NCBI RefSeq assembly: GCF_000940845.1
Contig: NZ_CP010341.1
Location: 600,001-632,000 of the forward strand
DNA from: Propionibacterium freudenreichii subsp. freudenreichii
Lineage (GTDB): Bacteria > Actinomycetota > Actinomycetes > Propionibacteriales > Propionibacteriaceae
Reading direction: 5' to 3'
DNA: 32,000 bases
Part shown: piece by piece, positions 9,106-15,357 of the stretch
Position numbering within the stretch: position 1 is the stretch's first letter
Layout of the letters: every line of letters begins with the position of its first letter
Program-made: the position numbers and the translations under genes
Notes under the pieces: model-generated
What the model saw: the letters and a program-made list of their open reading frames with translations, nothing else
Databases searched by the model: none
What the model was told of the DNA's origin: nothing

Positions 9106-9579
9106 ATGGCTCGTGAACCGCAGGTCTTCCATGCCGACGGACCGGTGCGCCGCACCTGGGCATCGAAGTTGGCGGCCACACTGGCCGTGCTCGTCGTGGT
9201 GGCGCTGATCGTCGGGCCCGTCGTGGTGCGGGCCGTCCACCGGTCCAATGCCGATGCCGCCGAGGCCAGCCTGCTGCTGCTCGGGCTGGCGTGCGTCGTC
9301 GTGGGCCTCGTCGCGGTGTTGTGCGCGTTCGTGGCCGTGGTGCGCGATCGGGGCACCTCGCGCGTCGGGGCCCTGCTGTTCCTGGCCGATGCCGGCGTGC
9401 AGGTCGTCTACGGGCTGATCGGCATTTCCAGCACCCAGATGCAGGGCCTGGCCGACCAGGCCTACAGCTGGAGTTGGGCGGCGATCAGCCTGTTGGTCAC
9501 CGTCGTCGCCTGCGCGTTCACCTTCATGCCGCCGCGTCCGCTGACCACCCGCAAGGACGCTCGCCGACCCGTCCGCTGA
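9106..9579 (+). CDS. Hypothetical integral membrane protein (157 aa, about 4 TM)
   Basis: Only the last 157 codons of track ORF 8263-9579 are plausible, because the rest is antisense to xthA. ATG at 9106. TM segments LAATLAVLVVVALIVGPVVV, LLLLGLACVVVGLVAVLCAFVAVV, ALLFLADAGVQVVYGLIGI, WAAISLLVTVVACAFTF. Confidence 0.55.
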   Translation: MAREPQVFHADGPVRRTWASKLAATLAVLVVVALIVGPVVVRAVHRSNADAAEASLLLLGLACVVVGLVAVLCAFVAVVRDRGTSRVGALLFLADAGVQVVYGLIGISSTQMQGLADQAYSWSWAAISLLVTVVACAFTFMPPRPLTTRKDARRPVR

Positions 9580-9635
9580 GGTGCCCGAGGGGGTCGTGTT
9601 CCCCACTGGCCCCGGGCCCCCACCGAGCCGTGATT

Positions 9636-9664
9636 TTTACGTGCTCGGCGATCACTGGTAGTGT
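9636..9664 (+). promoter_or_regulatory. Candidate sigma-A-type promoter of tRNA-Tyr (TTTACG-17 nt-TAGTGT)
   Basis: -35-like TTTACG at 9636-9641, 17-nt spacer, -10 TAGTGT at 9659-9664 (fits actinobacterial TAnnnT). The mature tRNA 5' end is 13 nt downstream. Confidence 0.4.
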
Positions 9665-9676
9665 TCTGCGACGCAT

Positions 9677-9759
9677 GGCAGGTTGCCCGAGCGGCCAATG
9701 GGAGCGGTCTGTAAAACCGTCGGCGTAGTCCTTCGAAGGTTCGAATCCTTCACCTGCCA
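9677..9759 (+). tRNA. tRNA-Tyr (anticodon GTA), class II with long variable arm
   Basis: Hand-folded cloverleaf: acceptor GGCAGGT/ACCTGCC, anticodon stem GCGGT/ACCGT with loop CTGTAAA, long variable arm, T arm GAAGG-TTCGAATC-CCTTC, discriminator A. CCA is not encoded. Confidence 0.92.
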
Positions 9760-9761
9760 CT

Positions 9762-9820
9762 CTCGGGGCGGGCGCCCCGAGTTGAAGAAGCCTTACACCG
9801 GATGGGTGCAGGGCTTCTTC
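9762..9820 (+). terminator. Two consecutive GC-rich hairpins downstream of tRNA-Tyr (probable terminator or processing structure)
   Basis: CTCGGGGCG/CGCCCCGAG at 9762-9781, then GAAGAAGCC...GGCTTCTTC at 9784-9820 with inner CACC/GGTG pairing, followed by GCTTTCC. Confidence 0.45.
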
Positions 9821-10089
9821 GCTTTCCGGGGGCCCGTCGTCCCCACCATTCCCAGCGCCGGTCCTGCGTGCCGATGACGACGTGCCGATGGCCCACAGGT
9901 CACACCGGGAACCCCTCCGCAGCATCATCCGACGCCCCACGGCGACCCGTTTCCCACGTGCCGGGACAGAACCTTCCGATCTTCCCAACTGATGAGACCC
10001 CGGGAATATCGGCTGATGGAGCCCACTTGTACTTGGTGGAAGCAACCATCGAACCAAGTCGGAATGCCGACTACAGGAGGTAAGTGAAA

Positions 10090-10653
10090 GTGTCGCTCGT
10101 GGGCACCCAGATTCTGCCGTTCAAGGCCAGCGCGTTCCATCAGGGGGAGTTCGTCGACGTAACCGACGAGGACCTCAAGGGCAAGTGGTCGGTGATCTTC
10201 TTCTACCCGGCCGACTTCTCGTTCGTCTGTCCCACCGAGCTCGGTGACCTTGCGGACCACTACGACCAGTTCCAGAAGATGGGCGTGGAGATCTACTCGG
10301 CCTCGACCGACACCCACTTCGTCCATGCCGCATGGCACAAGGAGTCCGAGGAAGTCAAGAAGGTGCAGTACGTCATGCTCGGCGATCCGAGCGGTCAGCT
10401 CGCCACCAACTTCCAGGTGCTGCGCGAGGGCCAGGGCCTGGCTGATCGCGGCACCTTCCTCATCGATCCCGATGGGGTGATCCAGCTCGTGGAGGTCAGC
10501 GCCGACGGTGTCGGCCGCGACGCCAGCGAACTGGTGCGCAAGGTGCGCGCCGCGCAGTATGTACGCCAGCACCCCGATCAGGTCTGCCCCGCACACTGGG
10601 ATGAGACCGGCGACACGCTGACCCCCAGCCTCGACCTCGTCGGCCAGATCTGA
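10090..10653 (+). CDS. ahpC: Alkyl hydroperoxide reductase subunit C (typical 2-Cys peroxiredoxin)
   Basis: [13 protein letters not shown] peroxidatic Cys motif and C-terminal resolving Cys (QVCPAHW). The track ORF starts at GTG 10084, but GTG 10090 gives [16 protein letters not shown], which matches the E. coli AhpC N-terminus and sits 9 nt after AGGAGG (10075-10080). Confidence 0.93.
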   Translation: MSLVGTQILPFKASAFHQGEFVDVTDEDLKGKWSVIFFYPADFSFVCPTELGDLADHYDQFQKMGVEIYSASTDTHFVHAAWHKESEEVKKVQYVMLGDPSGQLATNFQVLREGQGLADRGTFLIDPDGVIQLVEVSADGVGRDASELVRKVRAAQYVRQHPDQVCPAHWDETGDTLTPSLDLVGQI

Positions 10654-10876
10654 GTCGATCACCACATCGCAAGTCACCGCGGCGCTCGTGAGCGCCCTGA
10701 CGCATTCGGCGTCTCGACCACAGTGAATGACGCGGGCGTGCCGCACCAGAAGATCCGGTGCGGCACGCCCTCATTCCTGCCGGGCCCGCCACTCGTGGGT
10801 TTCTGTCCCCATCGGGCGGGTCCCTCGTCGAATGCGTCTCCCCGGACCATTCATCGCATTCAACCCAAAGGACGAC

Positions 10877-12532
10877 ATGGCAGTTCTTGACGCAGCCCTC
10901 ATCTCCCAGCTCAACCAGCTCATGGACCGGGTCACCCACCCGGTCGAGCTGGTGATGAGCCTCGACGACCGCCCCGAATCGGCGCAGATCTCCGACATGC
11001 TCGAGCAGGTCGCCGCACTGTCAGCGAACATCACCGTGCGCCGTGACGACGCCGCCCACGACCGCCGCCCGGCCTTCTCGATCACCCGTCCGGGCTCCGA
11101 CATCTCGATCACCTTCGCCGCCCTGCCCACCGGCCACGAGTTCAACTCGTTCGTGCTGGCGCTGCTGCAGGTGGGTGGCAACCCGGTGAAGCTCGACGAG
11201 AAGGTGGTGGCGGGTGCCAGGGCGATCACCACCCCGAAGAACTTCGTCACCTACATTTCGCTGACCTGCCAGAACTGCCCCACCGTGGTGCAGGCCATCA
11301 ATGCGATGGCCGTGCTCAACCCGCTGATCACCAACACGGTCGTCGATGGCTCGCTGTTCCGTGATGAGGTGGAGGCAGAGAAGATCAAGGCCACGCCCAC
11401 GATGTACCTCAACGGCGAGCTCTTCGGCCAGGGACGCATGGAGGCCGCGCAGATCCTGTCGGGCATGGATTCCGACGCCGGCGCCTCCATGGCCGCTGAG
11501 CTGTCGTCCCGCAAGCCCTACCAGGTGCTCGTGGTGGGCCAGGGCCCGGCCGGTGTCGCCTCGGCGATCTACCTGGCCCGCAAGGGCATCCGCACCGCCC
11601 TGATCGGCGATCGCTTCGGTGGCCAGGTCAATGACACGTTGTCCATCGAGAACGTGATCTCGGTGCCGCACACCGAGGGCCCGAAGCTGGCCTCCGACCT
11701 GCGCACCCACGCCTCGCAGTACGAGATCGACATGATCGACGGGGTGCGGGCCGCCGAGCTGCTCCCCGCCACGGACGGCGACGATCTGGTGGGGGTGCGT
11801 CTGGAGGGCGACGCGCGGTTGTCCGCCGATGCGGTGGTGCTCGCCACGGGCGCGCACTGGCGCCAGATGGGGGTCCCCGGCGAGCAGGAGTACCGCAACA
11901 AGGGCGTCACCTACTGCCCGCACTGCGACGGTCCGCTGTTCAAGGGCAAGGACGTCGCCGTCATCGGCGGCGGGAACTCGGGCATTGAGGCCGCCCTCGA
12001 CCTGGCCGGCGTTGCCCGCCACGTCACCGTGGTCGAGTTCATGCCCGCTTGCAAGGCCGACGAGGTGCTCCTTGACCGCGTCGACCAGACCACCAACATC
12101 ACCGTGCTCACCAATTCGGCGGTCACCGAGGTGGTGGGCGACGGATCACAGGTCACCGGCCTGCACTACGACGACAGGGCCACCGGCGAGCACCGTGAGC
12201 TCGCCCTGGACGGCGTCTTCGTGCAGATCGGGCTCATGCCCAACACCGATTGGTTGAAGGGCGCCGTGAAGCTCGACGCGCATGGCCAGATCGTCATCGA
12301 CGATCGGGGTGCCACCAATGTGCCGCGCGTCTTCGCGGCCGGTGACTGCACCGACGTTCCCTTCAAGCAGATCATCGTGGCTGAGGGTGCCGGTGCGATC
12401 GCCGGGCTGTCGGCCTGGGAATCCTTGATCCGCGAGCAGTCCACGGCGGCTCCGAAGGGCTCCGATGTGGCGTCCACGACGGGCTCGCAGGACGCCCGGA
12501 AGGGCGAGCCACAGGCGGCGATGGCACGCTGA
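10877..12532 (+). CDS. ahpF: Alkyl hydroperoxide reductase subunit F (NADH-dependent peroxiredoxin reductase)
   Basis: ATG 10877 gives MAVLDAALISQLNQLMDRVTHPVELVMSLDD, parallel to the E. coli AhpF N-terminus. CQNCP thioredoxin-fold motif, CPHCDG redox centre, GQGPAG and GGGNSG nucleotide-binding motifs. About 30 aa of extra low-complexity C-terminus. The upstream 50 codons of track ORF 10727 are not supported. Confidence 0.92.
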   Translation: MAVLDAALISQLNQLMDRVTHPVELVMSLDDRPESAQISDMLEQVAALSANITVRRDDAAHDRRPAFSITRPGSDISITFAALPTGHEFNSFVLALLQVGGNPVKLDEKVVAGARAITTPKNFVTYISLTCQNCPTVVQAINAMAVLNPLITNTVVDGSLFRDEVEAEKIKATPTMYLNGELFGQGRMEAAQILSGMDSDAGASMAAELSSRKPYQVLVVGQGPAGVASAIYLARKGIRTALIGDRFGGQVNDTLSIENVISVPHTEGPKLASDLRTHASQYEIDMIDGVRAAELLPATDGDDLVGVRLEGDARLSADAVVLATGAHWRQMGVPGEQEYRNKGVTYCPHCDGPLFKGKDVAVIGGGNSGIEAALDLAGVARHVTVVEFMPACKADEVLLDRVDQTTNITVLTNSAVTEVVGDGSQVTGLHYDDRATGEHRELALDGVFVQIGLMPNTDWLKGAVKLDAHGQIVIDDRGATNVPRVFAAGDCTDVPFKQIIVAEGAGAIAGLSAWESLIREQSTAAPKGSDVASTTGSQDARKGEPQAAMAR

Positions 12533-12533
12533 T

Positions 12534-12563
12534 TTGAGAACCGGCGCGCAAATCCGGTAGTGT
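12534..12563 (+). promoter_or_regulatory. Candidate promoter of the tRNA-Thr/tRNA-Met cluster (TTGAGA-18 nt-TAGTGT)
   Basis: TTGAGA at 12534-12539, 18-nt spacer, TAGTGT at 12558-12563. tRNA-Thr starts 14 nt downstream. Shares the 9-mer GGTAGTGTT with the tRNA-Tyr upstream region. Confidence 0.4.
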
Positions 12564-12576
12564 TGCGCGTCGGCTG

Positions 12577-12649
12577 GCCCCTATAGCTCAGTCGGTAGAG
12601 CGTCTCCATGGTAAGGAGAAGGTCTGCGGTTCGATTCCGCATGGGGGCT
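12577..12649 (+). tRNA. tRNA-Thr (anticodon GGT)
   Basis: Hand-folded: acceptor GCCCCTA/TGGGGGC, D arm AGCTCAGTCGGTAGAGC, anticodon stem TCTCC/GGAGA with loop ATGGTAA, T arm TGCGG-TTCGATT-CCGCA. Confidence 0.92.
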
Positions 12650-12727
12650 CTGTTGCGGCCTTCGATCACATACCGCGTGATCGAGTCCGGGTTGCGGCAA
12701 GTTTGTGGACGGGAGACCGCTCACAGG

Positions 12728-12800
12728 GGCGGGATAGCTCAGGCGGTAGAGCAAGCGGCTCATAATCGCTGTGTCGCGGGTTCGAGTCCCGCTCCCGCTA
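12728..12800 (+). tRNA. tRNA-Met, elongator type (anticodon CAT)
   Basis: Acceptor GGCGGGA/TCCCGCT (G1-U72 wobble), anticodon loop CTCATAA, T arm GCGGG-TTCGAGT-CCCGC. It lacks the three G-C pairs in the anticodon stem and the 1-72 mismatch of initiator tRNA. Confidence 0.88.
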
Positions 12801-12930
12801 CCGAAGGCTGAGGCATGACAAGCCCGGATCGCGTGGCCGTGATCGGTGATTGGGTGCCCGACCTAGTATTGAAGGGTGACCGTGCTCCGCCAAATGCGGC
12901 GGAATTTCGGCAAGACGAGAAGGATCGACA

Positions 12931-13101
12931 ATGGCCAAGAAGGCAGGGGACGTTCGTCCCAAGATCACGCTTGCCTGCACCGTGTGCAAGGAGCGGAACT
13001 ACATCACCAAGAAGAACCGCCGCAATACGCCGGATCGCCTTGAGCTGAGCAAGTTCTGCCCCAGGGATGGCAGGCACACCCTGCACCGCGAGACCCGCTG
13101 A
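12931..13101 (+). CDS. rpmG: 50S ribosomal protein L33 (56 aa; below the ORF-track length cutoff)
   Basis: Own translation: [56 protein letters not shown], near-identical in pattern to M. tuberculosis RpmG2. GAAGGA SD lies 6 nt upstream. Conserved position after tRNA-Thr/tRNA-Met. Confidence 0.93.
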   Translation: MAKKAGDVRPKITLACTVCKERNYITKKNRRNTPDRLELSKFCPRDGRHTLHRETR

Positions 13102-13119
13102 GCAAGCTTCAGGACTACC

Positions 13120-13156
13120 GATCAGGCCGCCAAGTCGTTGACTTGGCGGCCTGATC
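13120..13156 (+). terminator. Hairpin terminator after rpmG
   Basis: Perfect 16-bp stem GATCAGGCCGCCAAGT / ACTTGGCGGCCTGATC with loop CGTTG, followed by CATTTCG. Confidence 0.7.
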
Positions 13157-13203
13157 CATTTCGTGGGGGGTGTGGTTCCTGGTCGCGGCGGTCCTCGCTG
13201 GCC

Positions 13204-13263
13204 GTGCGCCGCCCTCGGCGGTCCCCAGTAGTCGTGCGCCGTCCCCGGCGGTCCTCAGTAGTC
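13204..13263. repeat. 30-bp tandem duplication (2 full copies, 27/30 identical, plus a partial copy at 13186-13203)
   Basis: GTGCGCCGCCCTCGGCGGTCCCCAGTAGTC (13204-13233) and GTGCGCCGTCCCCGGCGGTCCTCAGTAGTC (13234-13263). Upstream CGGCGGTCCTC is a partial third unit. Confidence 0.85.
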
Positions 13264-13270
13264 TTGACTC

Positions 13271-13705
13271 GTGCCTATTGGACCTGAACATGTCGGACGG
13301 ACCTATCCGTCAACCGCGCCCTATCGCGTGAGTCGCGCCAAGATCCTGGAGTTCGTGAAGTCGCTGGGCGACCCGAACCCGGCCTACCTGGCCGACGATG
13401 ACACTCCCTTCACTGCGCCGCCCACCTTCGCCGCCGTGATCGCGGCCTCCGCGTGGGGTGCGATGTTCGATGATCCCGACCTCGGGCTGTCCCTGCAGCG
13501 CACGGTGCATGCCGATCAGCGCTTCGACATCGAGCGGCTGATGCGCGAGGGCGACGATGTGACGGCCACCCTGACCATCACGAAGGTCCACAACCGTGGC
13601 CTCACCGACATGGTGACCATCGCGGTGAAGCTCGACACCGTGGACGGCGAGCACCTGTGCACCGCGACGTCCACCCTGCTCAACACCCGCGAGGCCGCCG
13701 AATGA
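13271..13705 (+). CDS. MaoC-like hot-dog-fold dehydratase, N-terminal-domain type (HadA-like, non-catalytic subunit)
   Basis: 144 aa. HVGRTYPSTAPYRVSRAKILEFVKSL aligns with M. tuberculosis HadA IVGMHYRYPDHYEVEREKIREYAVAV. Same genomic slot (after rpmG) as hadA. ATGA overlap with the next gene. Confidence 0.8.
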   Translation: MPIGPEHVGRTYPSTAPYRVSRAKILEFVKSLGDPNPAYLADDDTPFTAPPTFAAVIAASAWGAMFDDPDLGLSLQRTVHADQRFDIERLMREGDDVTATLTITKVHNRGLTDMVTIAVKLDTVDGEHLCTATSTLLNTREAAE

Positions 13706-14133
13706 GCGCCTTCGACCCGGCAGCGGTGCGTGCCGGCGACGTCCTGCCACCCCTGACGCTCACGATCACCCGTGGCGGCATCGTGCGCTACGCCGGAGCG
13801 TCCACCGACTTCAATCCCATCCACTGGAGCGACCGCAAGGCCCGCGAGCTCGGGTTGCCCGGCGTCCTTGCCCACGGCATGTGGACGATGGGGGCCTCCC
13901 TGCGCATCATCACCGACTGGTGTGCCGACCCCCGCCGCGTGCTCGACTACCAGGTGCGCTTCACCCGTCCGGTGCAGGTGCCCGATGACGACCGGGGCGT
14001 GCAGGTGCAGGTCAGCGCGTCGGTCACCGGGGTGGAGGCGGGCGTCGCCACGGTGGCGGTGGACGTGCGCATCGACCACGAGGGCAAGCCGGTGAAGGTG
14101 CTCGGCAACGCCAGGGCCCACATCCGCCTGTGA
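13702..14133 (+). CDS. MaoC-family (R)-specific hydratase/dehydratase (HadB-like catalytic subunit)
   Basis: ATG 13702 overlaps the upstream stop (ATGA). Hydratase-2 motif YAGASTDFNPIHWS followed by LAHGMWTMG, closely parallel to M. tuberculosis HadB YAGVSGDLNPIHWD...IAHGMLTMG. Confidence 0.85.
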   Translation: MSAFDPAAVRAGDVLPPLTLTITRGGIVRYAGASTDFNPIHWSDRKARELGLPGVLAHGMWTMGASLRIITDWCADPRRVLDYQVRFTRPVQVPDDDRGVQVQVSASVTGVEAGVATVAVDVRIDHEGKPVKVLGNARAHIRL

Positions 14134-14202
14134 GGCACGTCGGGGGCACGCGATTTCGCCGGCTCCCCATTCCAACAGCAGTCGTTCATCAGGAGGCAGC
14201 AC

Positions 14203-15336
14203 ATGAGTATCGCCGATGAAGAGGACTACGACCTCTTCGATTCCTGCGAGCTCGACCCCACATCGGGCATCCTTCCGGAGCGCGAGATCTCCGATTCGCC
14301 CGTGCTGGCCGACCACACCAGCTTCCATATCGGGGGCAGGGCCAAGCGCTTCGTGGTGGCCCGTACCGAGGCCGAGGTGCTCGACGAGGTGAAGCGTGCC
14401 GACGAGGCCGGCGAGCCCCTGCTGGTGCTCTCGGGCGGTTCCAACATGCTGGTGTCCGATGACGGCTTCGACGGCACCGTCCTGCAGATCGCCACGCGCG
14501 GCGTGGAGGGCGAGATCTCCGGCTGCGGGGGCGCCGTGATGAACATTGCGGCCGGCGAGAACTGGGATGACTTCGTCCAGCTGGCCATTTCGCGCGAGTG
14601 GCGCGGTGTCGAGGCGCTGTCCGGGATCCCCGGCATGGTCGGCTCCACGGTGATCCAGAACGTCGGGGCCTATGGGGCCGAGGTCGGCGAACTGGTCTAC
14701 CGGGTGCGCACCTGGGACCGTCAGGAGAAGAGCTACCGCACCTTCGCCAATGCGGACTGCAAGTTCTCGTACCGCAATTCGATCTTCAAGCAGAGTCGCC
14801 TGCCGGGTTCGCCGACCGGACGCTATGTGGTGCTCGAGGTCACCCTGCAGTTCCTGCTGGGCAATATGTCGATGCCCATCCGCTATGCGGAACTCGCCCA
14901 TCGCCTCGGCATCGAGGTGGGCGAGCATGCGCCGGCGCAGAAGGTGCGCGACGAGGTGCTGGCCCTGCGCCGCAGCAAGGGCATGGTCATCGATCCGGAC
15001 GACCATGACACCTGGTCGGCCGGATCGTTCTTCACCAACCCGATCGTCACCAGCCAGGTGGCGGCCGGCCTGCCCGAGGACGCGCCCCGCTTCGACGCGG
15101 GCGGTGGAATGGTCAAGACCTCCGCGGCCTGGCTCATCGACCATGCCGGGTTCCACAAGGGATTCGGAGAGGGCGCGGCCACGTTGTCGGGCAAGCACAC
15201 CCTGGCACTGACCAATCGTGGGCAGGCCACTGCCGCCGACGTGGTGGCGCTGGCCCGTCAGATCCGCGAGGGGGTGCACCAGGCCTTCGGGATCACCCTG
15301 GTGCCGGAGCCCGTGCTGGTGGGACTCAGCCTCTAG
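14203..15336 (+). CDS. murB: UDP-N-acetylenolpyruvoylglucosamine reductase
   Basis: 377 aa. FAD-binding domain motifs FHIGGRAKRFV, LVLSGGSNMLV, SGIPGMVGSTVIQNVGAYG. C-terminal MurB domain (SAGSFFTNP, SAAWLIDHAGF). AGGAGG SD at 14190-14195. Confidence 0.92.
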   Translation: MSIADEEDYDLFDSCELDPTSGILPEREISDSPVLADHTSFHIGGRAKRFVVARTEAEVLDEVKRADEAGEPLLVLSGGSNMLVSDDGFDGTVLQIATRGVEGEISGCGGAVMNIAAGENWDDFVQLAISREWRGVEALSGIPGMVGSTVIQNVGAYGAEVGELVYRVRTWDRQEKSYRTFANADCKFSYRNSIFKQSRLPGSPTGRYVVLEVTLQFLLGNMSMPIRYAELAHRLGIEVGEHAPAQKVRDEVLALRRSKGMVIDPDDHDTWSAGSFFTNPIVTSQVAAGLPEDAPRFDAGGGMVKTSAAWLIDHAGFHKGFGEGAATLSGKHTLALTNRGQATAADVVALARQIREGVHQAFGITLVPEPVLVGLSL

Positions 15337-15357
15337 GCGCCCCGGTAGGCTCGCGCC

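Noticed and set aside
9802-10083. 93-aa ORF (and minus-strand 9524-10057) in the ahpC upstream region as a possible small protein or regulator
   Set aside because: Arg/Pro/Ser/Thr-rich composition typical of non-coding high-GC sequence, no SD, and it overlaps the tRNA terminator hairpins. Treated as a 5' regulatory/UTR region instead.
12815-13048. 77-aa ORF overlapping the rpmG region
   Set aside because: It is out of frame with the unmistakable L33 reading frame (12931-13101). Its product has no features and starts inside the tRNA-Met flank.
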